Shown piece by piece: positions 49,290 to 60,557 of a stretch of DNA of 64,000 nt. Positions within the stretch are counted from its first letter, which is position 1. Each line of letters starts with the position of its first letter. A program made the translations under genes and the position numbers. Location of the stretch: the IMG/VR virus record IMGVR_UViG_3300026522_000958. One strand, 5' to 3'. The notes below the pieces were generated by a model. That model was given only the letters and a program-made list of their open reading frames with translations, was not told where the DNA came from and ran no database searches. This DNA comes from an uncultured virus (IMG/VR IMGVR_UViG_3300026522_000958) (lineage: Duplodnaviria > Heunggongvirae > Uroviricota > Caudoviricetes).

Positions 49290-50252
49290 TTATAAGACAG
49301 CCGATGCGATATTCTCAGCAATGCGGTGAATAACGTCAACGCAGACAGAGTTTCCGGCCTGTTTGTACAGACGAGATTCCGCAAGATCTGGAAGAATGAA
49401 GTCCGTTGGAAAGCCTTGCACGTTGAAGCATTCGTGTGGAGTGAGCTTGCGGATGCCCGTATCACTGAGAATCAGCGGGACGTTATGTCCTCCGCCACCC
49501 ATGTTTGCCGTGAGGGTTGGTACAACACCTGATTTGTTCTTGCGAACGTACTGACGTCGCCACTGGTAGATAGCACGGTTATCGTCCATGCCTTCGACGA
49601 GTTTATCGTAAATATCGCCCTTATACTTACCTTTCGTGTAATAGTAGCGGTCATCGACTTTCGAATGAAAATCAATAACGTCTTCCAGACTGCGTGTCAG
49701 TGGAATCGGGTCTGGGAAAGAAAACTTTGCAAAGTCGGCATCGTCGCGGAATGCGACAATGTAAATACGTTCACGGTTTTGGGGCATATTGCCGTATTCC
49801 ATTGCATTCAGCACCCGATAGCGGTATTTGTAGCCCTCATTGCGCAGTGCTTCAAGAATGACACGGAACGTGTTCCCGTTGTCATGACTTACAAGATTCT
49901 TTACGTTTTCGAGAAAGACGATACGGGGTTTCTTTTCGTGAATGATGCGAATCATTTCGAAGAAAAGCGTGCCACGCCCTTTTGCGTCATTGAAGCCCTG
50001 TCGATAGCCTGCGATAGAGAATGCCTGACACGGAAAACCGCCAACAATGACGTCAACGTCGGGAATCTCATCAGGTTGCACATCGTGAATATCGCGATTA
50101 TCGACCTTCAGGTCGAAGTTTTCTTCAAACGTTTTGACGGGATAAGGGTCAATCTCGTTTGCGTATACAGTTTCAAATGTGCCTGTCTTCTCGAAGCCGA
50201 TATCAATACCGCCGACCCCTGCGAAGAAGGATGCGATTTTAAGTTTTGTCAT
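49290..50252 (-). CDS. DNA (cytosine-5)-methyltransferase
   Basis: FAGVGG, GFPCQ, ENVKNL, QNRERIY, YKQAGNSV. Confidence 0.95.
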   Translation of the reverse strand: MTKLKIASFFAGVGGIDIGFEKTGTFETVYANEIDPYPVKTFEENFDLKVDNRDIHDVQPDEIPDVDVIVGGFPCQAFSIAGYRQGFNDAKGRGTLFFEMIRIIHEKKPRIVFLENVKNLVSHDNGNTFRVILEALRNEGYKYRYRVLNAMEYGNMPQNRERIYIVAFRDDADFAKFSFPDPIPLTRSLEDVIDFHSKVDDRYYYTKGKYKGDIYDKLVEGMDDNRAIYQWRRQYVRKNKSGVVPTLTANMGGGGHNVPLILSDTGIRKLTPHECFNVQGFPTDFILPDLAESRLYKQAGNSVCVDVIHRIAENIASAVL

Positions 50253-50352
50253 TTATGAATCACCCCTTTCAGAAAGTTCTTTTGAATAAGAGTATATCAT
50301 AAATAGCAGCACGCCGCAATATCATTTTCGCAATGCGCCGCAAATACTTGTA

Positions 50353-50763
50353 TCAGATACGTATATCTTCGCCGTACACGCACACATCCACTTCGTTCAT
50401 GAAAAGATCATTTTCTTCACCTGTGTAATTTTCTTTATCCATGACGGCCGCAAAAGTGCATTTCCTTGAACCAGGGATACAAAGATGCCTTAGATGCCAG
50501 AGGTCAGTATAAACATCTTTTACAGTAAAGTGTGTCTTATCCTTCTTGTTGCAGACAAGTACAGCCACATAACGATAATCCTTCTTTGCCGTAGTATCAC
50601 GCCATACAGCATAAAACGGGATGTAGAAGATCTTTTCAGGGCTTATCTCGAGATAGATCCAACTGCCAGTACTAACAGCCATATCATTTTCGCCATTAAG
50701 CAGCTCAAAGTCCTTAACCCAGTCATTATCAGGACCATACATCTTATTTTTCGAATCAGACAC
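50353..50763 (-). CDS. hypothetical protein
   Basis: ORF track only. Confidence 0.45.
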   Translation of the reverse strand: MSDSKNKMYGPDNDWVKDFELLNGENDMAVSTGSWIYLEISPEKIFYIPFYAVWRDTTAKKDYRYVAVLVCNKKDKTHFTVKDVYTDLWHLRHLCIPGSRKCTFAAVMDKENYTGEENDLFMNEVDVCVYGEDIRI

Positions 50764-51104
50764 ATACTCAAGCAGATGAGAACGTACACGCTCAGCCTTT
50801 TCCTTTATCTCGTCAGGGACAGGAAATGTTCCGGTAAAGAGGCTTGACGTTAGCAGATTTCTTTTTACACGCTTTAATTCCCTGTTCCTGCCATACCGTA
50901 TATTAAACCAGTTCTTATCTACAGCTCCTTTTGTAGCAAGGTAATCTAAAACATCAATACAGGTTGCTTAAGACTTGGCATATTTCATATATGCAAAAAT
51001 CAGAACGTAGGACATTTCCATCTAAATCTTGCTTTTTCTCCCAATTCTAAGTTGTCAAATATATTCATCACATTTCTGGCACATACCCGGAGAAAGGAGT
51101 AGCA

Positions 51105-51755
51105 ATGAGTAAAGATCAGATTAAGGCAAGAACAGAAATCTCAGTAGATCCGAATGCCATCAGGTCCCGGATCATTCCCGTATTTGTAAATAAGGGCAGA
51201 AACGTAGGGCCTGAGATGGCAAAAACAACATTCCTTGATATGGCTGTTATCTTTAAGTTCTATATCGGCCATGATGACAAAAACAACGGAGTCATGACAA
51301 TGGCAGTCACCAATGAAATGCTTGATATATACGGAATTGACGCTGAAGGAATGTTCAAGGAGTCAATGTCTAACGCATCCAGAATGATACCCCCTGAGAT
51401 CATAAACATGAAAGAAGCACTTGGCGGCGATACACCGGACGCCGACAACGATCCGCTATACGTTGTATCTAACAGGATACTTCATTTCGGAGCCCCTGGC
51501 ATTTTTCAGCCGATGGAAGCAGCGAATTTCTGTAAAAAGCACCATTCAGAAGGTATCTACATCCTTCCGAGCTCAATCCATGAAACGATGATTATAACCA
51601 AAGAAGATGCTGACCGCATTTACATTGACGTTGATGGGCTGAAAGAGATCGTCAGATCTACAAATGATGACACTGTACTAGCTGTAACACCTGAGGCGTA
51701 TCTTTCTGACAGCGTATATTATTTTAATGCTATTAGCGGATTTTCGATTCTCTGA
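51105..51755 (+). CDS. DUF5688-like protein
   Basis: FLDMAVIF, LYVVSN...FGA, YILPSSIHE, LSDSVYYF. Confidence 0.75.
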   Translation: MSKDQIKARTEISVDPNAIRSRIIPVFVNKGRNVGPEMAKTTFLDMAVIFKFYIGHDDKNNGVMTMAVTNEMLDIYGIDAEGMFKESMSNASRMIPPEIINMKEALGGDTPDADNDPLYVVSNRILHFGAPGIFQPMEAANFCKKHHSEGIYILPSSIHETMIITKEDADRIYIDVDGLKEIVRSTNDDTVLAVTPEAYLSDSVYYFNAISGFSIL

Positions 51756-51871
51756 TCTTCCGATTCTTGCTCGCCAAAAAGGCTTCTGCTTTACGCAGAG
51801 GTCTTTTTTTGCATACAAAAAAGACCCTCATCAAGTGACGAGGATCCTGAATGGGATAGTAGGAAAGTAGA

Positions 51872-52474
51872 TTAGCAAGCAGCATATCCATAGACTACGT
51901 ATTTATGGATCTCTATGATACGCTTTCCTTTCATGGACTTCGGATGTGGCCTACTCTTGTATATCTTGTCCGTTATACTGAAGTCGGTGACTGTATCCGT
52001 CCCTGAAATCAGCTTTCTTGTTTTTCTGACACGAGGGTAGTCTACCGCATGGTCAAGGAGATACTTTTTCATAAAATTGTCAGCCTCTTCCTTGGCCTTG
52101 AATGAGCCTACGACTTTCTCTTCATATTTACCGAAAAGACATTCAAAGGTCGTCTCATATTTAGGGGTTTCCTTGTGAGTGGCTTTCCTGGATACCTCAC
52201 GTAATTGGTATTTTGTGATCCCGCAGTCAATAATTGATGCTGTCCACTTCTTTCCTCCGTCATCTTTTTTCACACGGTCGTATGCCTTTTTCATAGTGGT
52301 TTTTGTAAATGGTCGGTTATTCTCCATTCCGACAAGATTATACCCGTCGGTCGTGGCGATAGTGCCATTGTACGGATCAAATCCGTATTCATGCCTGGCG
52401 TCATTGACGAGTGTATCGTAGACCTCCTTCGGGGTTCTACCTTCTACCTCAAAACAATAAGATACTGCTCCCAT
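51872..52474 (-). CDS. hypothetical protein
   Basis: AAAGGAG RBS; preceded by the CCAAATCT/ATTCATCAC motif. Confidence 0.7.
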   Translation of the reverse strand: MGAVSYCFEVEGRTPKEVYDTLVNDARHEYGFDPYNGTIATTDGYNLVGMENNRPFTKTTMKKAYDRVKKDDGGKKWTASIIDCGITKYQLREVSRKATHKETPKYETTFECLFGKYEEKVVGSFKAKEEADNFMKKYLLDHAVDYPRVRKTRKLISGTDTVTDFSITDKIYKSRPHPKSMKGKRIIEIHKYVVYGYAAC

Positions 52475-52632
52475 AATCTGTTCTCCTTTCTTTATGTGTG
52501 ATGAATTATGAGTCTGTTATAGATTTGGGATATCGAGGCAATGTATGCATCTGAGCGTTAATATCATTATATATTATAAAAATATCATCATCATGTTTAC
52601 TTGATTTATTTAGCCATTGATGAATAACCATT

Positions 52633-53205
52633 TTATAACGGTTTCGGAGATGTTTGACGGAAGACCGGACACCTGAGTATGTAATAAACTGATATCCATA
52701 ACGGAGAAAACGTCTGTGTTTGGCGGAAGATCAGGCCGTGGATAACTGTGTTTGGAGGATAAACAGTCACAGGGAAACGGAAACAGGATACTTCAGCGTA
52801 CGTTTTAACGGAAAGAGGGGCAGTATAAAACGCTTCTGTATGACCATAACTGTCCGCTCTTCCGTTCATGACCACAGCTTATATGCGGAAGAATGGGCAG
52901 TAGAATCCTGTCATCAGATGCATAACTGCCCGTTTTTCCGCTCATTTTCCATATATGAAAAATACAGTCAGATCCAACATTATGTATATGAGCAAAATAA
53001 AATCCCGAAAATGTTGATTTTGGAGGTATAACGGAAGCTGAAGCATAGTTTAACGGAAAAATAGACAGTCTGTGAATATTTACTGTCCATTTTTCCGCTT
53101 TTGCTATTGATTTTCATAAAGAGATAGTATAAAATCTTTGGAAAGATATATTTTTGTGACCGGACATCCGCTAAAGACCGTATCTAATGCCTTTCTTTCC
53201 GTTTA
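52633..53205. promoter_or_regulatory. putative oriV with iteron-like (T/A)AACGGAA repeats upstream of rep
   Basis: repeated TAACGG(A)/GACGGAA/TTCCG(T/C)T in both orientations (~52637, 52655, 52699, 52776, 52806, 52860, 53029, 53050, 53197); near-DnaA box at 52737-52745. Confidence 0.55.
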
Positions 53206-53215
53206 ACCGGTCAGA

Positions 53216-54583
53216 GTGAAAGGGTTGTTCATGACTGAATTTATGACTGAAGAGGAAAAAGTAGCTGTTGCAGTAGAAGAAGAAAAGAACGCGATGGTGC
53301 GGAAGGATAACACCATCATCACGGCAAAGTACAAATCCCCGCTGCTCGAAAACCAGCTCACAAGCATATGCATATCAAGGGCAAAAGAGCAGAACGGGGA
53401 GTACATAGCTACCGTCACGTCCTCTGAATTAAAGCACCTGTTCTCCATGAATGACAGCAATTCGAAGATATACAAGAGGCTGTACTCGGTCGCAAAGAAC
53501 ATGGCAGGTCGTACCATATCAGCAGAGGACGGGCATGGAAACTTTACTGTGATAAGCGTGATACAGGAAGCAAGGTACAAGGACGGCGTGTTCTCAGTAC
53601 TGTTCTCGAAGAACATGAAACCGCTCCTGTTTGACCTTCAGGGCAAATATACATCATACGCTCTTGCTAATATCTTAAACTTCAAGAGTGACTACTCATT
53701 CAGGATTTATGAGATAATCCGTAAAGAGGCTTTCCGCATAACTAAGAAAGCCCCGGTAGTTACTATAGGCTACGGTCTTTCAGAGTTCAAATGCATGATC
53801 GGGATGGTAAACATGGAGTCAGACCGCATAAAGAAAGCCCTGCAGGAAAGCCCTGTTGACTGGGACAAGATAGTAGAGATGGCTCCCGAGAAGTCATACG
53901 AGAACTGGACGGATTTCAGGAGATATGTCATAGACAAGGCAAGAGATGAGATCAGATCGCAGTGTGATGTATGCTTTGACTATTCGCCCATAAAAGAAGG
54001 ACAGGGATCAAGGGTGGTCGGCATAAAGCTCTTTATCATGAAGAACGATGTCGTAAACGCAGACGTTGACATAAAAGAGCAGGGTATCAAGAAGCTCAAT
54101 GAGGAATATGCCGGGTCATACAAGCCGTCACCGGAGCTTGTTGCGATGATAGGGCACAATGACTTAAAGAAGAGTGACCTTATGATGTTCCTTGATGATG
54201 CAGACGGTGACAATGAACTTGTCCTTGATGCCATAAAGAAGGCAGACGGACAGGAGAGGATAAATAACTACATCGGCTGGATAAGGTCATGCATAAGAAG
54301 CGGCGGATATAAAGAACAGGCCGTAGCAGTCGAATTGGGATCAGCCGAAGCTGCAAGGAGCAGTGACGCACTGAATAAAGAGCTGGAGAAAGATGCGGAT
54401 AAGTTCTATGAAAGCTACTGGAACAGAGTCAAGGAAGGCAGACAGGAGAAATTCGTGGAATTTGAGCAGTTTCTTTCAGGCAACAGCTTTACCGTGGATA
54501 TGCTCGAAGCCATGTATTCACCGGCACAGTGCGGAGATATGTTTATAAGATGGGTAAAAGGCGAAAAGATACAGCTAATGTAA
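53216..54583 (+). CDS. plasmid replication initiator (Rep_3/RepB family)
   Basis: NTIITAKYKSPLLENQL, FSKNMKPLLFDL..KYT.Y, FKSDYSFRIYE, FRRYVIDKARDEI. Confidence 0.85.
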   Translation: MKGLFMTEFMTEEEKVAVAVEEEKNAMVRKDNTIITAKYKSPLLENQLTSICISRAKEQNGEYIATVTSSELKHLFSMNDSNSKIYKRLYSVAKNMAGRTISAEDGHGNFTVISVIQEARYKDGVFSVLFSKNMKPLLFDLQGKYTSYALANILNFKSDYSFRIYEIIRKEAFRITKKAPVVTIGYGLSEFKCMIGMVNMESDRIKKALQESPVDWDKIVEMAPEKSYENWTDFRRYVIDKARDEIRSQCDVCFDYSPIKEGQGSRVVGIKLFIMKNDVVNADVDIKEQGIKKLNEEYAGSYKPSPELVAMIGHNDLKKSDLMMFLDDADGDNELVLDAIKKADGQERINNYIGWIRSCIRSGGYKEQAVAVELGSAEAARSSDALNKELEKDADKFYESYWNRVKEGRQEKFVEFEQFLSGNSFTVDMLEAMYSPAQCGDMFIRWVKGEKIQLM

Positions 54584-54791
54584 TGACCGGAATCGTCTGA
54601 AAGGAGATATAATGGACAGTCAGGAGAAGATAACAATAATAGTAAATAAGGCTACTTGGGATACACTTTGCGAAGATACGGATGCATACAAGGCAGAAGC
54701 GGATAATGTAGATCTCTGTGAGATAAAGAGCATTGCTGAAAAGCTCGTAGCAGAGGGGAGAACGTTCAGTATGTGAAAGAAGGAGATCGAT

Positions 54792-54985
54792 ATGGCTGAT
54801 TATGTAACTGAATGGCCAAAAATGGAAAGACCGACACTTTTATAAGGTTCTCCAATTTTATCGCTGAACATAAGTTGAGTGGCAGGGCTATGAATGTCGC
54901 CGTTTTTGAATCTATACACAGTCAGTCAGACTGCGGTGACTTATTTATAAGGTGGATTATGTGAGAAGACATTGACGTGCTCTAA
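54792..54985 (+). pseudogene. degenerate paralogous fragment of the Rep C-terminal tail
   Basis: manual translation FESIHSQSDCGDLFIRWIM*EDIDVL versus Rep LEAMYSPAQCGDMFIRWVKGEKIQLM; frameshift near 54840 and internal stop. Confidence 0.5.
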
Positions 54986-55140
54986 GATTTTTGAAGTAAC
55001 AAATTGTGACTTCACAGATAATTGCGACTAGGTTGTAATTAAGTCACAATTATTGCAGCAATTAGGTTGCAAAAAAAAGTCAGACATATCAGATAAGTTG
55101 TCAGATAAGTTATAAGATTGACAGTAGCGAGGAATAAAAA

Positions 55141-55329
55141 ATGTACGATAGCCATATTTATTGCAGGGAATATAAAGACCTAAAGGATTATATAGCCGAT
55201 TGTATCAATGGGGAAATCACAGACTATGATGTGGACGCATTGGCAGACCATATTCAAGAGCTATACGATAATGGCGAAATGTCGTCATCACAGTATGACG
55301 ATTTAATGCGTTATGTACAGGATATGTAG
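55141..55329 (+). CDS. small acidic hypothetical protein
   Basis: GAGGA RBS; 62 aa. Confidence 0.5.
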   Translation: MYDSHIYCREYKDLKDYIADCINGEITDYDVDALADHIQELYDNGEMSSSQYDDLMRYVQDM

Positions 55330-55518
55330 AGAAAAGAAGAGATATGAAGGCAGAGAAGATAAAACATCCAAAGTGACAAATCCATTCACACTTAATTCCG
55401 ACATGGAACCTGGCGAATACATTTTGAGACATTTTCAATTGCAGCATCTGCCTTGACAAAAGTTATAGTCAGTTATAGAATGATTTCAAAGTTATAGACA
55501 GTTATAGAAGGGAATTTT

Positions 55519-55743
55519 ATGGCAGGAAAAGACTTTTGCCCAGAGTGTAGGGAAGAGACAAAGTATTCTTTTGAGAAAAGAAACATCGTAAAAAACATAA
55601 AGGGTAAAGATTATACCTTCAAAATTACTGTAGCTATTTGTGCGGAGTGCGGAGCGGAAATGAGCCCTCCGGGGATTTTTGATAAGAATGTTCAGGAAAT
55701 AGAGGAGCAGTACAACGCAAAGCTTGCTGCAGCAGAGCAATAG
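55519..55743 (+). CDS. YgiT/MqsA-type zinc finger protein (antitoxin N-terminal domain only)
   Basis: FCPECR...IKGKDYTF....CAECG; no HTH. Confidence 0.65.
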   Translation: MAGKDFCPECREETKYSFEKRNIVKNIKGKDYTFKITVAICAECGAEMSPPGIFDKNVQEIEEQYNAKLAAAEQ

Positions 55744-56380
55744 GCTATATGCCCGCACTTGTCCAGTAAAAAAAGCTGCGTCACTTGACAGCACAAAAGA
55801 AATCTACTATACTAAATATGAAAGAGCCCACCACGCATAAGGCGGAAACGCACTGCGGACCACGGTTGGGACTTTTTTTATGGGGAAAATGCAAAAAAAG
55901 GAGTCCGATGCATCAGGCTCCTTTTAGGTGTTATCCGAAGACCTCCACCGCGATTCCCAATTTAGTTACAAATATTATTATAGCATAGGCAGTGATAAAA
56001 TATAAGCTTTTTGTATGTGAGAGAGGGCAAAAGTGACGCGATCTATCTAGCGGATAAATACTGATTTATCCGTAATATTAAACCATGTTTTCCCTAGATT
56101 GAGTACAAGATAACCTGTCTTATTGCTAAGTATTGCATTCATTGAGTACTTCATTATCAAAAAAAACATAGGCACCAACGTATCTTTATGATGACAGTTA
56201 AAGGGAATAATAATCATAAAGAAATACGTATACAACTTATTGATAGTGAACCTGTCATCCGTCTATTATCGACCGTTGATGCCTATGTTTTATTCATGAC
56301 AGATATGGCAGAGCCGTATGTTATGTTTTTTCATATATGGAAAAGCTTCGTTAGTAAATGCTCTCCGCCCGTTGCCGGTC

Positions 56381-57022
56381 TTACCAGATTTTCTTGTCCT
56401 TGTTATCATCATAAATATATAAATGGCTAGTGTCAGCGTTTTTAAGGCTTTCCCTGTCAAGATCTTTCTGTACACTCTCAAGCTTTGCCGCGTGCAGGAT
56501 CAGATCCACAATAAAACCTGCGATTATCAGTACGAATCCGAACGTTATGTCGTATGCTAGAAAATAAAACACGCACATCAGAAGCACGGTAAAGATGATC
56601 ACTATTACTTCAGCTCCCCTGTTCATCTTGTACCTGTATACATAATATATCCATCCGCCTGCTCTTCCTATGGACGCAGACGCGATCTGCGGGGTGAATA
56701 CAGGTAGTTTTAGCACGCCTCTCATTGCTGTAGCGTATTTATATCCGAAGCTGTTCTCGTCGGCATGTACCTGGTCTTCCATTCCCCGTATCGTGTACGG
56801 AGTAAATTTTCCTGTCCTGGCAATGGATCCCACCTGACCGAATACGGTGATATCGGCAGCTGCTGTTATCGATCCAAAGATAAGCACGGCAAGGATCATC
56901 GCCGTCGTCACATTCCACTGCTTCCAGTGAAGCAGTCTTATAAGATATATAATCTTTTTTACTACGAGTATGGGCATCTTGAAGAAAAACCATACTACCG
57001 CGTTCACGCATATCCTCAGCAT
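56381..57022 (-). CDS. membrane protein
   Basis: several hydrophobic segments; GAGGAGG RBS. Confidence 0.65.
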   Translation of the reverse strand: MLRICVNAVVWFFFKMPILVVKKIIYLIRLLHWKQWNVTTAMILAVLIFGSITAAADITVFGQVGSIARTGKFTPYTIRGMEDQVHADENSFGYKYATAMRGVLKLPVFTPQIASASIGRAGGWIYYVYRYKMNRGAEVIVIIFTVLLMCVFYFLAYDITFGFVLIIAGFIVDLILHAAKLESVQKDLDRESLKNADTSHLYIYDDNKDKKIW

Positions 57023-57195
57023 GACATGTCCTCCTCGCGGAATATCCGCGTCAATTTATACTTATGAGATTATATCACATTTATTGCTTACAGTATAGAT
57101 ATGGTAGTTTCGTGAACCAGGGTTTTTCATATATGGAAAACAGACAGACTTTTTTTGACAGATACGTATTTCCTATATATGAAATCCAGATGCGT

Positions 57196-57732
57196 TTACT
57201 CACCAAATGTGACGGTGTATCTTACCGCATACCGCCAGAGTGCTCCGTCGCTTTCTTTTACGAGATATCGTGTGATCCTGACTTTATGCTTTGACAGGCC
57301 AGAGTCGGCAAGTACTTCTGATATACTGCCGGCTTTTATCTTCTTGGTGTTATACAGGCTGTCTTTATATCTGATATACAGCCTGTCATCTCCTGCCTTT
57401 ACATATTGTGCAAGTAGGGTCTCCTTCTCTTCTTTTGTGAGAGCTTTTACCCTTTTATCATCATTTACGATCACATAGAAAGCATCAACATCAGTCATGT
57501 CGGAAAATATTTTTTTCGATGACAGGACGTCTGTCGGGGTAAAACTCCTGGCTTCTGTTATGGCTGTAATGACCAGTATGAGCATCATCAGGAAGCTTAT
57601 TCCTCCCGTTGCCTGTGCAGCCGGCGGAAATCTCTTTTTCTTTCTTTTCATCAAATGACACACTGCGCAGAGCACTGCTGTTATGATAAACAGTACCATT
57701 GCTGCCGCGGGCAGTATATATACAGGCATCAT
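57196..57732 (-). CDS. membrane protein, coupled to the PBP gene
   Basis: two N-terminal TM segments; 4-nt overlap with the PBP stop. Confidence 0.65.
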   Translation of the reverse strand: MMPVYILPAAAMVLFIITAVLCAVCHLMKRKKKRFPPAAQATGGISFLMMLILVITAITEARSFTPTDVLSSKKIFSDMTDVDAFYVIVNDDKRVKALTKEEKETLLAQYVKAGDDRLYIRYKDSLYNTKKIKAGSISEVLADSGLSKHKVRITRYLVKESDGALWRYAVRYTVTFGE

Positions 57733-60557
57733 TCATCACCTCCACCATCATCATCGGCCTGTGCCTTCAGACTCTCTACTCTCTCCTCTGCTTTATCATA
57801 TCTTGTTTTGTATGAACTGTATTCTTCAGTCTCTGTAAGATCTGTAAGAGCCGTATCCATCACACTGAGGGACTTATCAAGGGATTCCGAGTAGCTTTCA
57901 GCCTCATTTATCATGGACTCGGCTTCGTCAAACCTGTCTACGGCAGATGACAGCGCGATGTCTTCCTGTTTCTTTTTAAGTTTCCGCTGCCTTTCTTTAT
58001 CGGCTCTCTCTTCCTTTTCTTTTTCGTATAGTGCTCTTGCTTCTGTAAGATCTCCGTATTTGGACGATTCTGTAAGGAGACTGTCATATTTCGCGTTAAG
58101 TCTTCCGAGGAATGCTTTCCTCATATCATCATCTTCGCAGGCGGCAACGGCATCGGATGCGGCATTATACAGTTCTTCTCCTCTGAACACATCATTTTCT
58201 GATGTGATAAAGAAATCTTCATATTTTCTTAAGATCTTTTCCGCCGTCTCTTTCTCTCTCTTCAGTGCATCTGTCCGTGCTGTATCAGAAGCATCTTCTT
58301 CAGTCGCTTTTGCGAACCAGTCTTTAGCACTTCCTGATGCAGCAGGAGCTCCACCTGCACCGGCAGGCCTTTTCTCTACAGTATCAGGGATATTGAACTC
58401 TGCTTTCGGAAAATCCTTGTGTATATCAGTCATGCAGTCGTGCCAGATCCTGCCGGCATACGTCGCACCGTAGTTATGTACCAGCGGTTTTCCGTCATCA
58501 TTGCCGACCCAGACGGCAAGCGTATAATACGGCGTATAACCACAGAACCATCCGTCCTTTAAGTTATTGGTCGTTCCTGTCTTCCCGGCACACTCCTGTC
58601 CTTTTACTGCAAGCCCTTTTCCTGTGCCTCCCGTCTTAAATACATCTTCCATACAAGATGTGAGCATATAGGCAGATGAACTCTTGTAGACCATGACATT
58701 TCTGCTCTTTACAGTATCTTTTATATCGATCCCATAAAGAGTACTCTTTATCTCCTTGACGCAGGTAGGTTCTCTCCACACTCCGTCATTTTCTATCGCT
58801 GCATATGCTCCTGCCAGCTCGTAATTCTTTACCCCGTTCGTAAATCCGCCGATCGCTGACGCTGAGTTATTCTTATCGAGATATGACAGCGAAGAGAACC
58901 GCATTTTCTCCATATATGAAAATCCCGTATCAAGTCCTATGTCCTGAAGCGTGTTATAAGCGACAGTGTTTACAGAATCCGCTATGGCGTGCCGTACGGT
59001 GATGAGTCCCTTATACCCGCCACCAGCATTTTTAGGACCATTTTTTATCGCGGCATCATTTACTATTCTCGATGGAAAATACGTCCCGGTATCAAATGCG
59101 GGGCCGTAATCAAGGATGGGTTTAATGGATGAGCCCGGCTGGCGTTCTGATAAGAATGCCCTGTTATATTCGTCATCCGTGCCTCTGCCACCGATAACAG
59201 CCGTAACATATCCTGTAGAATTGTCTATGCAGGTGGCAGAACTCTGTGTATTATATCTTCCGTCTTCATTCTTTACTGTTGAGACCGATGCCATATCCTT
59301 ATCCATTGCTTTCTGCAGTTTCTCCTGCAGGTTTTTATCAAGGGCCGTATAGATGGAGTATCCACCGTTCCTTATCTTATCAGAATATGACAGATATGTC
59401 TGTCTGTATTTTTTCTCATACGCACTCTGATCTTTTTTCGTGCTGAATGTATATCTGAAGCTGAATCCATCTTCCCTCATGAGGCGCAGCGTTGCGCAGT
59501 ATACAGCGAATGAGATCCTGTAGTCGTATTTTTCCTGTTTTGATTCGTGGTCTCTTATCGAATAATCAGAAGAAGTATATGACTGATACTGTTCTGCCGT
59601 AATGAGGCCATCGTTTTTAAGGCTTTTTAATACGACATCCCTTGCCTTTATCGATCGATCATAGTCAGCCTCAGGGTTGTTTACGCTTGGGCTTTTGGAT
59701 ATCGCTGCAAGCATCGCCGCTTCCTTATATGTGATTTCAGACGGTCTTTTTCCGAAGTAATATTCGGAGGCTGCATAGATGCCTTTGCAGTTATTCCCGT
59801 AAAAGCAGGTGTTGAGATAATACTCCATTATATCAGCCTTCGTGAACTTTTTTTCAAGGTCAACGGCAAGGAATATTTCAGTTAATTTTCTCCTGAAGGT
59901 CTGCTCGCTGTTTAACATCGTATTTTTTACGAGCTGTTGTGTGATGGTAGAACCGCCCTGGGTTATACGCCCATTATTGCTGAACAGAGCTTTCGCAGCA
60001 CGCCCTATCCCGCGGAGCGAAAATCCCGGATGCTCCATAAATGTCTTATCTTCTGATGATATATATGTATTCTGGATATCCTCAGATACTTCGCTTATTT
60101 TTACATACTTATACCCCGTGTTATGGAGCGTGCCGATCACTTTTCCATCATTTCCATATATGGTCGTGACTCCTGATTCCTTAAAAGTGCCGTCCTCAAG
60201 TTTTGACAGAGCCCTGTATTCTTCTTTTCTGCATTCTTCGTAGAAATTATGGAGATATGCGGCTCCTATGCCCGCAGTGATCATCACTGCAAGGAGCAGG
60301 CCTGCATAGATGAGATATATCGCTCTTATGGTCTTTCCTGCGATCGTAAAAGTTCTGTATGCTATCTTCCACGGGAGGAAATCGTTGCCGGATTGTCTGT
60401 TTTTTAAGACAATCATGTTTTTGCTGCTGCGTTTTTTTCTATTTGCCGTTTGTTTTACGTTTGTTTTTACAGCCTTTGGCGGCTTATTATGCGTATTTTT
60501 CATACAAAAGACATGGCAGACTTCAGATGCGCGATTTTTCATATATGGAGTTTGCAT
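57729..60557 (-). CDS. class A penicillin-binding protein (transglycosylase + transpeptidase, PBP1A-like)
   Basis: SEDKTF, GGSTITQQLVKN, RKLTE, YLN; RQPGSSIKP (SxxK), SVN, GKTGTT; true start probably downstream (~60416). Confidence 0.92.
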   Translation of the reverse strand: MQTPYMKNRASEVCHVFCMKNTHNKPPKAVKTNVKQTANRKKRSSKNMIVLKNRQSGNDFLPWKIAYRTFTIAGKTIRAIYLIYAGLLLAVMITAGIGAAYLHNFYEECRKEEYRALSKLEDGTFKESGVTTIYGNDGKVIGTLHNTGYKYVKISEVSEDIQNTYISSEDKTFMEHPGFSLRGIGRAAKALFSNNGRITQGGSTITQQLVKNTMLNSEQTFRRKLTEIFLAVDLEKKFTKADIMEYYLNTCFYGNNCKGIYAASEYYFGKRPSEITYKEAAMLAAISKSPSVNNPEADYDRSIKARDVVLKSLKNDGLITAEQYQSYTSSDYSIRDHESKQEKYDYRISFAVYCATLRLMREDGFSFRYTFSTKKDQSAYEKKYRQTYLSYSDKIRNGGYSIYTALDKNLQEKLQKAMDKDMASVSTVKNEDGRYNTQSSATCIDNSTGYVTAVIGGRGTDDEYNRAFLSERQPGSSIKPILDYGPAFDTGTYFPSRIVNDAAIKNGPKNAGGGYKGLITVRHAIADSVNTVAYNTLQDIGLDTGFSYMEKMRFSSLSYLDKNNSASAIGGFTNGVKNYELAGAYAAIENDGVWREPTCVKEIKSTLYGIDIKDTVKSRNVMVYKSSSAYMLTSCMEDVFKTGGTGKGLAVKGQECAGKTGTTNNLKDGWFCGYTPYYTLAVWVGNDDGKPLVHNYGATYAGRIWHDCMTDIHKDFPKAEFNIPDTVEKRPAGAGGAPAASGSAKDWFAKATEEDASDTARTDALKREKETAEKILRKYEDFFITSENDVFRGEELYNAASDAVAACEDDDMRKAFLGRLNAKYDSLLTESSKYGDLTEARALYEKEKEERADKERQRKLKKKQEDIALSSAVDRFDEAESMINEAESYSESLDKSLSVMDTALTDLTETEEYSSYKTRYDKAEERVESLKAQADDDGGGDE

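Noticed and set aside
55003..55112. Short repeats (TCAGATAAGTT x2, TTGTGAC/GTCACAA)
   Set aside because: Too few and too short to assign a function.
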